64,000 nucleotides of DNA from positions 992,001 through 1,056,000 of the forward strand of contig CAVQHD010000001.1 of assembly GCA_963712275.1 (NCBI GenBank), read 5' to 3'. Under the pieces are notes generated by a model that was not told the DNA's origin, searched no databases, and saw nothing but the letters and a program-made list of their open reading frames with translations. Below are positions 40,868 through 51,124 of this stretch, piece by piece. The stretch comes from an uncultured Rhabdochlamydiaceae bacterium (GTDB lineage: Bacteria > Chlamydiota > Chlamydiia > Chlamydiales > Rhabdochlamydiaceae). Made by a program: the position numbers and the translations under genes. Within the stretch, counting starts at the first letter, position 1. Every line of letters starts with the position of its first letter.

Positions 40868-41649
40868 GGGAAAATCTTGCTCCGTGTGCTGAGGTGGAAA
40901 TAGATCAGGGCCATGATGCTGCTGATAAAGAGCAGAAGGGCTGAAAGAGCATTCACAACAGGTGAAATCCCCGACCGAATCATCGACAGAATATAGAGAG
41001 AAAGGGTTTGAACGGAACTTCCAGCACAGAAATAGGTTAGAATAAAGTCATCGAAAGAAATAATGAAGACAAGAAGCGCGCTTGTAATGAGTGAGGGGCG
41101 GAGGAGAGGAAGCGTCACTTTAAAAAAGGTTTGAATGGGGGTTGCTCCAAGGACAAGGGAGGCTTCTGTTAATCTATCGTCGAGCTCTAAATACCGTGCA
41201 TAAACCAAAGGAATGACAAACCCAAGTCCCAAGACGGTGTGGCCGATAATCAACGTCGTAAGCCCAAGAGAAATTGAAGCAAGACTGAAAAATCCGAGCA
41301 AACTCACTCCGAGCACTGTCTCTGGAATAATGACGCTTCCGTAGAACAGGTTGAGGTATTTTCCAACGTGGCCTCCCTGGGCGACAAAGAAAATCAAGAA
41401 AATACCTAAAAGAACAGAGATGAATGTTGTACAAAGGGCAATGGTTAGGGAATTCCCAAAGGCCTTCCAGAGGTAGATAGAATGAATGAGTTCGTGATAC
41501 CACTTTAAAGTAAACCCCTGCCATGGAGATGGAAATCCTTCTGTGTTGAATGAAAACAGAAGTAAAACAACGATAGGGACCCATAAGAATAGGTACGTGG
41601 AGGCAATCAGAAGCAGGTGGCCAAATCGTCCTAACATTCTCTTAACCAT
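40864..41649 (-). CDS. potC: spermidine/putrescine ABC permease
   Basis: FSFN, EASLVLGA, SFDDF. Confidence 0.88.
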   Translation of the reverse strand: MVKRMLGRFGHLLLIASTYLFLWVPIVVLLLFSFNTEGFPSPWQGFTLKWYHELIHSIYLWKAFGNSLTIALCTTFISVLLGIFLIFFVAQGGHVGKYLNLFYGSVIIPETVLGVSLLGFFSLASISLGLTTLIIGHTVLGLGFVIPLVYARYLELDDRLTEASLVLGATPIQTFFKVTLPLLRPSLITSALLVFIISFDDFILTYFCAGSSVQTLSLYILSMIRSGISPVVNALSALLLFISSIMALIYFHLSTRSKIFP

Positions 41650-42520
41650 GACTTCTCGCAGGTTCTGTAAAGCGGCCTAAAAAGGAGTAGAAAAAAATAG
41701 CAGTGAGAAGAAGGATGGCGCAGCTGACTACCATGAAGGCAGCTCCAAGAGATCCTGTCCCTTCAGCGAGGATGTATTCTGAGACGACATTTCCCACAAA
41801 CATGATTTTGTCGCCTCCCATGAGAGAGGGAATAACAAACTCTCCAAAGGAAGGGATGTAGACTAAGAAAAATCCAGCGCGGATTCCTCGCATAGTGAGA
41901 GGAAGGATGATTTGCCGAAAGGTTTGAAACCATGTTGCGCCAAGATCAAAAGAGGCTTCGATAAGGCTCATGTTAAACCGCTCTAGCGATGAGTAAATGG
42001 GAAGGACCATGAAAGGGAGGTAGTAGTAGACCATCATGATCAGAATGGCAAAAGGAGTATTCAAAAGAACTAGAGGCTCTTGAATGAGTCCTAAGTGCAT
42101 GAGAAGGTTATTTAAAAAACCGTGTTTTTCAAGGACATAAAACCAGGCATACACATGGAGCAAGAAATTGGTCCAAAAAGGGATGAGAAGAAGAAATAAA
42201 AGGCCATTTTTAAATCTTTTTCCCCGAAAGGCAATAAAATAGGCGAGGGGATAGGCAATCAAAAAGCAGATGATGACATTTAAAATAGCTAGCAAAAGCG
42301 ATAACCCAATGACCCGGAGGTACAGAGGGTTTAGAAAGTGGGTGATTTTTTCAAAGGTGAGCCCCACAATTCCCCCTGAAATTCCAGGAGGGGAGACTTT
42401 GATAAAACTAGTCACCACGATTAAGAGAAGGGGGATGTAGAAAAATAGAATTTGCCAAACAATCGCTGGAATTCCAATAGAAAACGGATGTTCCGAAGAG
42501 AGAGGTTTTGGAAGCTTCAT
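41642..42520 (-). CDS. potB: spermidine/putrescine ABC permease
   Basis: IPFWTNFL, LPFMVLPIY, EASFDLGA; ATG 42520 overlaps potA stop. Confidence 0.88.
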   Translation of the reverse strand: MKLPKPLSSEHPFSIGIPAIVWQILFFYIPLLLIVVTSFIKVSPPGISGGIVGLTFEKITHFLNPLYLRVIGLSLLLAILNVIICFLIAYPLAYFIAFRGKRFKNGLLFLLLIPFWTNFLLHVYAWFYVLEKHGFLNNLLMHLGLIQEPLVLLNTPFAILIMMVYYYLPFMVLPIYSSLERFNMSLIEASFDLGATWFQTFRQIILPLTMRGIRAGFFLVYIPSFGEFVIPSLMGGDKIMFVGNVVSEYILAEGTGSLGAAFMVVSCAILLLTAIFFYSFLGRFTEPARSHG

Positions 42521-43611
42521 TTTTCTAAAATCACCACATTTTCTTTTTGCCAATAGAGGTTCACTTCATTGTCATAGTCAATGATTTCTTGAGGGAAGTG
42601 TTCTTCATTTTGCTCAAAGACCTGGAGTTTCAGGTGATTTTTAAGCACAATGTTATATTGTGTTGATCGCCCGTGGTAGACAATTGACTGAACAACTCCT
42701 TTTACTGTATTGGAAAAGTTTTTTACTTCTTTTTTGGAAATAAAGATCTTCTCAGGGCGGATGCTCATCAAAAGATCGGACCCTTCTTTCATCCACGGTT
42801 TTTTATGGGAGAGGAGTAGCTTAAACCGTCCCAAGTCTGGGATCTCGATCTCAGGCTCTGAGGAATCAAAATTTTTAAAGGCTCCACTCATGATGTTGGT
42901 TGTTCCTACAAATTTTGCCACAAAGGAAGAGTGGGGAAATTCGTAGATTTCTTTAGGGGTTCCAATCTGCTCGATTTCACCTCGATGGTTCATGATGGCC
43001 ATTTGGTCTGCCACCGTTAAGGCTTCAAATTGGTCATGGGTGACATAGACGAAGGTTGTTTTCAACTTATCTTGCAGTTCAATGAGCTCGATGAGCATTC
43101 GCTCACGTAGCTTAAAGTCAAGGGCGGCAAGAGGTTCATCGAGCAGAAGCACGTCAGGCTCATTGACAATCGCTCTTGCTAGAGCAACCCGTTGCTGCTG
43201 CCCTCCCGAAAGTTGGGCAGGGGATTTGTAAATATGATTTTCGAGGTGAAAAGCCTCGAGAATTTTAAACACTTTTTGCTCGATGATGACCTTGGGAAGC
43301 TTATTCAAGCGGAGGCTGTAGGCGATATTATCAAAGACGTTGAGATGGGGGAAAAGAGCGTAGTTTTGAAACACCATGTTAATAGGTCTTTCATGGATGG
43401 GAACATGCGTAATATCTTCATCGCCTAAGTAGAGTTTGCCTGAATCGGCTTTCTCAAGGCCTGCAATCAGGCGCAGCAGCGTTGTTTTGCCGCACCCGCT
43501 GGGGCCTAGCAGAGCAAAAAACTTTCCTGCGGGAATCGTGAAATTGATATCATTGATGATCAGGCCGTCGCCAATCGATTTTTTGAGTTTTTCGATCTTA
43601 ACACTACGCAT
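42517..43611 (-). CDS. potA: spermidine/putrescine ABC ATPase
   Basis: [29 protein letters not shown] domain. Confidence 0.9.
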   Translation of the reverse strand: MRSVKIEKLKKSIGDGLIINDINFTIPAGKFFALLGPSGCGKTTLLRLIAGLEKADSGKLYLGDEDITHVPIHERPINMVFQNYALFPHLNVFDNIAYSLRLNKLPKVIIEQKVFKILEAFHLENHIYKSPAQLSGGQQQRVALARAIVNEPDVLLLDEPLAALDFKLRERMLIELIELQDKLKTTFVYVTHDQFEALTVADQMAIMNHRGEIEQIGTPKEIYEFPHSSFVAKFVGTTNIMSGAFKNFDSSEPEIEIPDLGRFKLLLSHKKPWMKEGSDLLMSIRPEKIFISKKEVKNFSNTVKGVVQSIVYHGRSTQYNIVLKNHLKLQVFEQNEEHFPQEIIDYDNEVNLYWQKENVVILEK

Positions 43612-43678
43612 GTAAAAATACTAATGGATCTCGCGACTTTGTTGCAAAAATTTTCACAGACTTGATACCATACACCCC

Positions 43679-44635
43679 ATGGCAAAAAGAAAAATCATCA
43701 TTGTTGGATCAGGTCCTGCCTCTTACACAGCGGCTATTTATGCGGCGAGAGCGAGTCTTTCCCCTCTTGTCTATGAAGGGTTTTATGCAGGGCCTGCCGG
43801 AGGACAGCTCATGACGACAACCGATGTCGAGAACTATCCTGGGTTTCCAGAAGGGGTGATGGGGCCAGCGCTCATAGACCTTTTCAGGAAGCAGGCGGAG
43901 AAATTTGGGACCTCTTTCATAACGGAAGATGTGACTCGCGTCGATTTGAAAGTCCACCCTTTTGTCGTCGAGTCTTCCTCGGGAAGCCACTCTGCAGAGG
44001 CGCTCATTATTGCAACAGGAGCTCGTGCTCGGCGACTGGATGTTCCTGGAACAGCAGATCATGAATACTGGCAGAAGGGGGTTACAGCCTGCGCCGTATG
44101 CGATGGAGCAATGCCGATCTTTCGAGAGAAACACCTCTACGTAATTGGTGGGGGAGACACAGCCATTGAAGAAGCGCTCTTTTTAACCAAGTTTGGAAGT
44201 AAAGTCTTTATTGTCCATCGGCGGGATGAGTTTCGCGCTTCCAAAATTATGGCAGAGAGAGCGCTGAAACATCCCAAGATCCGTGTTCTATGGAATCATG
44301 TTCTTGCTCGTGTTGAAGGAGATACCGTCGTCCGTTCTGTCACATTGAAAAATGTCCTATCGGGTACCGAAACGACTCAGCAAGCAGGAGGAGTTTTCTT
44401 TGCCATTGGACATGAACCTAATACCTCTTTTTTAGAAGGGCAGGTGGCCCTTGAGCCGAATGGGTATATCCAAGTGGTGAAAGGGACAACTCGGACAAGT
44501 GTGGAAGGGGTTTTTGCCGCAGGGGATGTGCAAGATCCTCATTACCGGCAAGCTGTCACAGCTGCTGGAAGCGGGTGTATGGCTGCACTCGATGCAGAGC
44601 GGTGGCTTGTGGTGCACGAAAATGTCTCTGCGTAG
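43679..44635 (+). CDS. trxB: thioredoxin reductase
   Basis: GSGPA, GGQL, CAVCDG, GGGDTA. Confidence 0.97.
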   Translation: MAKRKIIIVGSGPASYTAAIYAARASLSPLVYEGFYAGPAGGQLMTTTDVENYPGFPEGVMGPALIDLFRKQAEKFGTSFITEDVTRVDLKVHPFVVESSSGSHSAEALIIATGARARRLDVPGTADHEYWQKGVTACAVCDGAMPIFREKHLYVIGGGDTAIEEALFLTKFGSKVFIVHRRDEFRASKIMAERALKHPKIRVLWNHVLARVEGDTVVRSVTLKNVLSGTETTQQAGGVFFAIGHEPNTSFLEGQVALEPNGYIQVVKGTTRTSVEGVFAAGDVQDPHYRQAVTAAGSGCMAALDAERWLVVHENVSA

Positions 44636-45431
44636 ATTCATTTTACTTTTACCTCTGTCGCTTTTTGGGCTTGAAAGGGTTCCATGGTTTTGTAACGTGT
44701 GGGAATTTACATTCACTCCGGCCTACACCTACAGTCGATATCCCCGAGTGCAAAATGGATATCCATCATTTCAAAACCCCTCCAATGACCATCTTCTCTC
44801 ATTTGATCTGGCGGTCTCTCCTTCGCCCAGCTGGGAGCTGGACCTTGAAGTGGAGTTTGCAGACACGCCTCGGCAGTCGATGGGGCTTCGCAGCAGCGCG
44901 CTTCAAGCTCGCTATCTGTGGCTCAATGATCTTCTAGGCGATCCTATCTCCTTGACTATCGGAGGGGTGATTCGAGGTGTTTCCCGCCACAGTTTGAAAG
45001 ATGTCAGCTGTCCCTACCAATCAGATATTAACTTTGAGGCTAACTCAGCGATAGGCCGCGAATGGGATCACGGAGCCGCTTGGAGAGTGCGGACCTTTGG
45101 GGGAGCTTCTCTCGGGGTTGCAAACCATGGAATGCCGTGGATGTCCCTGTTTGCAGTGATTGAAGGGCAAGGGCATGAGAGGCACCGCTTAGGACTCTTT
45201 TTTGAAGGGGCGGCAGGATTTGGGCACAAGACCGATGTCTTCATCGACCATTTTCATGGATACGCCTCCATCCGGCACCGCAACCTCGACGCAGGGCTTA
45301 AATACACCTACGCCTTTGAAATTTGGGGCCATCTGTCACTGGCCTATACTCGAAGACTCTATGCCCGCAGCTTCCCCGAGCAGGTGAATTTCTTCACCAT
45401 CTCCTATATGCTTCCTTTTTCGCTTTTTTAG
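44622..45431 (+). CDS. probable outer-membrane beta-barrel protein
   Basis: probable ATG 44622; signal peptide, amphipathic strands, terminal Phe. Confidence 0.55.
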   Translation: MSLRRFILLLPLSLFGLERVPWFCNVWEFTFTPAYTYSRYPRVQNGYPSFQNPSNDHLLSFDLAVSPSPSWELDLEVEFADTPRQSMGLRSSALQARYLWLNDLLGDPISLTIGGVIRGVSRHSLKDVSCPYQSDINFEANSAIGREWDHGAAWRVRTFGGASLGVANHGMPWMSLFAVIEGQGHERHRLGLFFEGAAGFGHKTDVFIDHFHGYASIRHRNLDAGLKYTYAFEIWGHLSLAYTRRLYARSFPEQVNFFTISYMLPFSLF

Positions 45432-45465
45432 CAAGCCGTTCATTATAAGCAAGTTAAATCGTCAT

Positions 45466-45528
45466 CTTACGCGAAACAGGAAAAAGACGATTTCGCGTAA
45501 GTTATGATCTTGCTATAAACTTACGCGA
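45466..45528. repeat. CTTACGCGA motif triplet in convergent intergenic region
   Basis: 45466 (+), 45491-45503 (-), 45518 (+), 14-nt spacers. Confidence 0.65.
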
Positions 45529-45547
45529 GTAGACTTCAGCGAGCAAC

Positions 45548-45922
45548 TTAAAGTCTAACATAGAGCGCAACGGTCGAGACATAATCTCGGCAGTGGCTCA
45601 TGGAAAGAAGTACGTGGGGATTTTGAAAGTGTTCTTGGACTTTTAAGGAGAACGACACGATAGGTTTCCCTGCTTCATCATGGGAGATTTCGATATCGAG
45701 CCAGCCGATCTTGCCGCCTATTCCACAGCCGAGGGCTTTGGTAATCGATTCTTTGGCTGAGAAACGGGCTGCAAATTGGGGGATGGGGTCTTGATGCTTT
45801 CGGCAGTAGGCTTGTTCTAGGGGTGTGAAGATCCGTTCAATGAACGGCTCTCCAATTTTCGAGATCGCATCACGAACACGGGCAATTTCAAGGATGTCGG
45901 TTCCAATCCCAAAAGGAGTCAT
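45548..45922 (-). CDS. acpS: holo-ACP synthase
   Basis: GIGTDI, AARFSAKES, LSMSH. Confidence 0.95.
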   Translation of the reverse strand: MTPFGIGTDILEIARVRDAISKIGEPFIERIFTPLEQAYCRKHQDPIPQFAARFSAKESITKALGCGIGGKIGWLDIEISHDEAGKPIVSFSLKVQEHFQNPHVLLSMSHCRDYVSTVALYVRL

Positions 45923-46995
45923 CAATCCTCGTCCATGGGGGAGTCTGAGAAAGAATCGCCTTCCTCTTTATCTGCTAGGTTACAGAAAATCATGCGGCCT
46001 GAAGAGGTATGGATCACAGAGATCACGCGCGCCTCAACGATTTCGTCGATAAAATCGCCACCGCCATTGACAACGACCATGGTTCCATCGTCAAGGTTGC
46101 CAACTCCTTGGCGAGGCTCTTTTCCGCGCCGTTGAATGCGGATTCGAACAAGTTCTCCACCTTGCATGAGCGGCTTTAGCGCGTTTGAGAGGGCATGGAG
46201 ATTGATGACTGTGATTCCTTCAATGGTTGCCATCTGGACACGGCTGATATCAGAACTTAAGATATTTGCATCGAGGAGCCGGGCAAGCCTGACGACCTTT
46301 CCGTTCATTTCTTTCACTTCTGGAAAATCTGTTTCATGATAACGCATTTCTAAGTTGGGCATTGCCTCGAGTTTTTTGACAACCTCAAGACACCGCTTTG
46401 CCTTATTTCGCGTCACTTCATCTCCGAGCTCTGATTGTGCATAAAGCTCTTTGACGACGAAGTGGGGAAGCACCAATTGATGGTTGAGCAGGCCAGTAGA
46501 GGCAAGATCAATCATGCGAGGATCTGCAAGAACCGAGATATCGACGACAAGATCTTTCTTTTTATGGGAGACTTGCGTGAATCTGACAAATGGAATGCTG
46601 ACATAGAGCTCATCACTCGAGCGAAGGGTCATGATGGTTCCAAGATAGACGCCGAATAAGATGACCCCAATTTTAATCAGTTCAACCGTATGAGGTTGTA
46701 GAAGCACTCCAATGGAGCTAACCTCTAAAATAGCATGAAAGATAAGCGCGAGCGCTTGCCCCATCAAATATCCAATAAAGATACCTAAGATTGCAATGTT
46801 GAACGACCTTAGGTTAAAGCGGCGGAAAAAGAGATCGAACCCAATTAAAACCATTCCAAAGACAAAGCCGATTCCTATGCCAAAAACGATATTAAAGGCG
46901 GTTTTCCCAGTGGGAAGCGAAATCATGAAAAGAGTCATGAAGACGATGCTGAGAAGAGTAAACAAGGTCCGCAGAAAGGTGAGTGAAATATTCAT
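45922..46995 (-). CDS. PIN/TRAM domain membrane protein (YacL-like)
   Basis: N-terminal TMs, VDISVLADPR PIN-like, GKEPRQGVGNLDDGTMVVV TRAM; probable ATG 46995. Confidence 0.85.
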   Translation of the reverse strand: MNISLTFLRTLFTLLSIVFMTLFMISLPTGKTAFNIVFGIGIGFVFGMVLIGFDLFFRRFNLRSFNIAILGIFIGYLMGQALALIFHAILEVSSIGVLLQPHTVELIKIGVILFGVYLGTIMTLRSSDELYVSIPFVRFTQVSHKKKDLVVDISVLADPRMIDLASTGLLNHQLVLPHFVVKELYAQSELGDEVTRNKAKRCLEVVKKLEAMPNLEMRYHETDFPEVKEMNGKVVRLARLLDANILSSDISRVQMATIEGITVINLHALSNALKPLMQGGELVRIRIQRRGKEPRQGVGNLDDGTMVVVNGGGDFIDEIVEARVISVIHTSSGRMIFCNLADKEEGDSFSDSPMDED

Positions 46996-47216
46996 AGAAT
47001 GATAGTCCTTTTTTGACGAAAGTCTATCGGGTGCCCTCTTTTTGGACAAGTTCTTGTCTGTTGGAAATTACTGTCTCGGTATACATATTTTTTTCTTCCA
47101 TCTATTTGGCAGTGAAAAAAGACATATTAAATATTTTATGATAAATTTTGCGCGAAAAAAAATCTGATTTTTTTCATTCCCTCAGAGGGAGAATTTTTTT
47201 AGCGGGAATTGCCGGC

Positions 47217-47369
47217 TTTGTCGCGCGGCGTTATGCTATCATAAAGTCCGCGCAACAAACAAGAATTAGAGTTTTTAACGCGATGTTTAAGAAATGAAAA
47301 CGTCGCGCTTAAATCGTGAATTCATATCTGTCGCGCGAGATTTTAAAAAAATAAACACCGCGCGACAGA
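47217..47369. repeat. symmetric six-half-site array TGTCGCGCG
   Basis: half-sites at 47219, 47249, 47277, 47301, 47329, 47359. Confidence 0.7.
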
Positions 47370-47436
47370 GAAAATTTAAATAAGCGCTTGAAAATAAGAT
47401 ACTTATCCCAAAAATCGATATTTTGTAGACGCCATC

Positions 47437-50400
47437 TTATTGCGAACAGGAGCCTGTAGGGTTAACTGTGCCGATGGTTTCGATTTCACCTGTATTTGTG
47501 GTGTCGTCCGATCCGGCTGTTCGGTTGAATGTACCTCCATTAATTTGCTCGAATAGATAAGGAGATGGGCTTGAAGGGGGTGTTGCTATATTGCCGGTAA
47601 AATTTAGGCATAGTGCCCCTGGGCCAACGGTAATGCTGCTTGCAAAGCCATTTGCCAAACCGGTGGTACCGCTAAAGGTGTTTCCAGTTATATTCGCTGA
47701 AACATCGGCGGCATTATTGTTCAACGTATAGTTAATGCCGTAGCTATTATCAAGCCCGCTGAATGTGCCTCCAGAAGAGCTGAAGGTGTCGATCGTGCTT
47801 GCGTTGAAAATGCCTGTGCTAGTATTACTAATATCGCTAAAAGCGTTTCCAGAAGAATTAAAGGCGGTGATTATGCCTCTGTTGAAAATGCCATTGCTCT
47901 GATCATTAATATTGTTAAAGGTATTGTTAGAAGAGTTGAAAGTGCCGATCGTGCTGCTGATGTTGAAAATGCCTTCGCTATTATCAGTAATATTGCTAAA
48001 GATATTGCCAGAAGAGCTGAAAGTGCCGATTGTGCCGCCGCTGTCATTGAGAATGCCAATGCTAACATCACTAATATCGCTAAAGGTATTGCCAGAAGAG
48101 CTGAAGGTGTAGATTGTGCCTCCGATGTTGTAAATGCCATTGCTAGTATTATTCAAAGCGCTAAAGGTATCGCCAGAAGAATTGAAGGAGCTGATCGTTG
48201 CATTGTTGATAATACCATTAGCATGATTAATATTGCTAAAGGTATTGCCAGAAGAATTGAAGAAGCTGATTGTACCAAAGTTGGTAATACCAGTGCCACC
48301 ATGACTAATATTGCTAAAGGTATCGCCACAAGAGCTGAAGGTGTTGATTATGCCGCCGTTGATAATGCCTATGCTAATACCACTAATATTGCTAAAGGTA
48401 TTGCCAGAAGAGCCAAAGGTGCCGATTGTACCTTCAGTGTTGCCAATGCCTACGCCATCATTAATATTGCTAAAGGTATCGCCAGAAGAACTGAAAGTGT
48501 CAATTGTGCCTATGTTCCAAATGCCGGCGGCGAAATTAACATCGCTAAAGATATTTCCAGAAGAGCTGAAGGTGCCGATTGTGCCTTCGTTGTATATACC
48601 AAAGCTAATCTCAATAAGATCGCTAAAGGTATTTCCAGAAGCATTGAAGGCGGTGATTATGCCGCCGCCATTGTAAATGCCTGCGCTATTACTAGTACTA
48701 CTAATATTGCTAAAGGTATTTCCAGAAGCATTGAAGGCGGTGATTATGCCTCCGTTGTAAATGCCGTTACTACCAGTACTAATATTGCTAAAGATGTTTC
48801 CAAAAGCATTGAAGACGGTGATTGTAGCGGAGTCGTTGTATATGCCATCACCACCACTTAGATCGCTGAAGGTGTTGCCAGAAGCGCTATAGGTGGCGAT
48901 TAGACCGCTGTTGTAGGTGAAAATCCCATTTCCTCCAAGCCCTCCTCCGTTTCGGCTGAGGTTGCTGAAAGAGCTTCCTGTGACATTCAGGAGATCCAGG
49001 GTACTACCGCTATCAAGTTGGATGTAGATCCCATTGCCGTTATTACTACCATCATTGCACGTAAATCCATTAAAGGTGCTGCTGTCAATGAGGACTTGGC
49101 CAGAGGGGTTGATCAAAGAGATCCCATTTGTCGTAATGGTGGTAGATGAGACAAAGAGGTTGTGATCGGCAGTGAGATTGGAGATTCCGTTTCCATAGAT
49201 GCCGTTTGCAGTCGTGTCTACAGTCGGCATCATAGAGAATCCTGAGACGGTGTTATTATTGCCCAAAGTGACGATATTTCCGGCACCTGTCGTGTTGGCA
49301 ATATTCGGCAAGCTAGAGGCCATAGGCGGGATGATGATGGTGCCTCTTGTCGTTGGGATGGAATGCGCTATAGAGGCGCCAAGAAATAGCTGGCCGTCTT
49401 GTAGAAGAATGCCGCTGGACATGCCGTTTGTCGTTCCATCGCCTGGGTATACGTAGATGCCTTGGTTTGCCGATGAGGCATTTTGCGCATCTAGAAGCGT
49501 TGAGAAGGGGTTCTCATATGTACCGGCTGAATGGCTGGTGTTGTCCACAAACCAGAAAACCCAAGGTTTTCCTGTTTCTGGATTGATGGCAGGAGAGGTG
49601 GTGCTCTGCCTTCCCACGGGGATGATCTCATTGCGATCCACCCTCTGCACCGCGCGCCTTTGCAAGGTCATCGCATGTGGACAAGATTTGCCTACTTGGT
49701 TCTTCCCTCCAAAGGAGATATTTAGACTGATTTGCGCCTGGCCAGTCCACTTGAAGAAGTGATCGTAGGCGGTGATGCCTTCAATGCGCAAGTACCGATT
49801 GAATAGTTCGATGTTAGCGCGAAGCTTTCCTCCCCACGTCGTTTTACCCACCCCCGTCAAATAATAGGGGCCTCCTGCAAAGTAAAGCGGTGTTTTGTCT
49901 TTTTTGAAATCCACATGAAAACCCACTTCCGCATTTGCACCCTTCATGGCAAAATCCCGTTTGTTTGTGATAAGCATGGAATTGCCTTGAAAAGCGTAAA
50001 ATGTGCTGCGGTGAAAATAAGGACTTTCTTTGCGTCCTATTGGAAAGTAGCCATTGATCCGGAAGTCCCAGATCCTGCCTAGAGATTCAAGTCCAGCGGA
50101 GACTTGATTGTAGTGCTGATGGGACGTATTGCGATAGTCGTAATAGCCATTCACTCCCCACACACGCGAGGAGCCTAGGCGCCGCAGGCCAATGCCTGCG
50201 TTGGCCGCGAGCTTGCCATTGTCAAACACATGTCCGCGCAGATCCAGGAAGGGAAGCCAACCGCCCTTAAGAATGTTCGGAGCGAGAAAAATCTCCTGTG
50301 TCGTATAGCCGGTTTTATAGCCGATTCCTTTGGGGGTGGAGTAACGGATAGAAGCGTGCATAGGCTGCACACCGCAATTGGTATCTACCACAGCCCCCAA

Positions 50401-50457
50401 TATAGGACCGCAGCAGAGCATCCAAAGAAGAGAGCATTGAAAAGGACCTATGCGCAT
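47437..50457 (-). CDS. inverse-autotransporter-like adhesin with tandem beta-helix repeats
   Basis: PFLDLRGHVFDNGKLAANAGIG, FVDNTSHSAGTYENPF, many GIxN.G.I.TF.SSGN.FS repeats. Confidence 0.75.
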   Translation of the reverse strand: MRIGPFQCSLLWMLCCGPILGAVVDTNCGVQPMHASIRYSTPKGIGYKTGYTTQEIFLAPNILKGGWLPFLDLRGHVFDNGKLAANAGIGLRRLGSSRVWGVNGYYDYRNTSHQHYNQVSAGLESLGRIWDFRINGYFPIGRKESPYFHRSTFYAFQGNSMLITNKRDFAMKGANAEVGFHVDFKKDKTPLYFAGGPYYLTGVGKTTWGGKLRANIELFNRYLRIEGITAYDHFFKWTGQAQISLNISFGGKNQVGKSCPHAMTLQRRAVQRVDRNEIIPVGRQSTTSPAINPETGKPWVFWFVDNTSHSAGTYENPFSTLLDAQNASSANQGIYVYPGDGTTNGMSSGILLQDGQLFLGASIAHSIPTTRGTIIIPPMASSLPNIANTTGAGNIVTLGNNNTVSGFSMMPTVDTTANGIYGNGISNLTADHNLFVSSTTITTNGISLINPSGQVLIDSSTFNGFTCNDGSNNGNGIYIQLDSGSTLDLLNVTGSSFSNLSRNGGGLGGNGIFTYNSGLIATYSASGNTFSDLSGGDGIYNDSATITVFNAFGNIFSNISTGSNGIYNGGIITAFNASGNTFSNISSTSNSAGIYNGGGIITAFNASGNTFSDLIEISFGIYNEGTIGTFSSSGNIFSDVNFAAGIWNIGTIDTFSSSGDTFSNINDGVGIGNTEGTIGTFGSSGNTFSNISGISIGIINGGIINTFSSCGDTFSNISHGGTGITNFGTISFFNSSGNTFSNINHANGIINNATISSFNSSGDTFSALNNTSNGIYNIGGTIYTFSSSGNTFSDISDVSIGILNDSGGTIGTFSSSGNIFSNITDNSEGIFNISSTIGTFNSSNNTFNNINDQSNGIFNRGIITAFNSSGNAFSDISNTSTGIFNASTIDTFSSSGGTFSGLDNSYGINYTLNNNAADVSANITGNTFSGTTGLANGFASSITVGPGALCLNFTGNIATPPSSPSPYLFEQINGGTFNRTAGSDDTTNTGEIETIGTVNPTGSCSQ
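47750..48910. repeat. degenerate ~75-bp tandem repeats in passenger
   Basis: recurring ATATTGCTAAAGGTATTGCCAGAAGA-like unit, about 14-15 copies. Confidence 0.85.
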
Positions 50458-50550
50458 AGTGAACTACCTTACATCCCAAACATAGTTGTGATTATCTTTT
50501 TTAGCAAAAAATATCCAATAAAAAAATTTAATCACAATATTCCCTGGATA

Positions 50551-50572
50551 AAACGTGAATCAAATCACATTT
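50551..50572. promoter_or_regulatory. CRP/FNR-type box
   Basis: AAACGTGA-ATCAAA-TCACATTT vs consensus AAATGTGA-N6-TCACATTT. Confidence 0.5.
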
Positions 50573-50656
50573 TATACAGGGAAAAACGTGAATCTGGTAC
50601 ACTAAAGATGCTAAACTTGGTTATTTCAGAATTCAAGAAATGGATGTTTACATATT

Positions 50657-51124
50657 ATGAGTCTACGGAAATGGATTTGTTTTTCAGGGGTTTTATGGCT
50701 GGCCATTGGATCGCTTCTCATGGTTAAGGGATTGAGGTGGCTTGCGCAGGCGGCTATAGCTTCTGAACAGACGCCCCTTGTCGGGTGGGTCTCATCTCTT
50801 GTCGGTTCGCGTCCTCAAGGGGCGCTTCTTGTGATTGCAGTTGCCCTTTTCATTGGACTGGTGAAGGGGCGTACGGTTCTTTCAAAGACAGTATTTCGGG
50901 TTGTATCGCGACTGAAGTCTCAAACGGTTCCTATTCGGTTGTCTAATCTCTACGATCGTCGTTATTATCTAATCTTAGGATCGATGATGGGATTGGGTCT
51001 TTTATTCCGATTCCTGCCCATTCCTCTAGACATTAGGGGAGCGATCGATGTGATAATTGGATCTGCTCTGATCAATGGCGCAATGATTTATTTCCGAGAA
51101 GCCTTGATGCCTAAAACTATTTAA
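50657..51124 (+). CDS. conserved hypothetical membrane protein
   Basis: four hydrophobic segments, IGLVKGRTVL, RGAIDVIIGSAL. Confidence 0.7.
   Translation: MSLRKWICFSGVLWLAIGSLLMVKGLRWLAQAAIASEQTPLVGWVSSLVGSRPQGALLVIAVALFIGLVKGRTVLSKTVFRVVSRLKSQTVPIRLSNLYDRRYYLILGSMMGLGLLFRFLPIPLDIRGAIDVIIGSALINGAMIYFREALMPKTI

Noticed and set aside
47871..48861. Repetitive alternative-frame ORFs (e.g. 48223-48861 +)
   Set aside because: Shadows of the adhesin's tandem repeats
47750..48910. Regular repeats as a CRISPR array
   Set aside because: Units are degenerate, in frame within a 1006-aa ORF, have no unique spacers, and no cas genes are present
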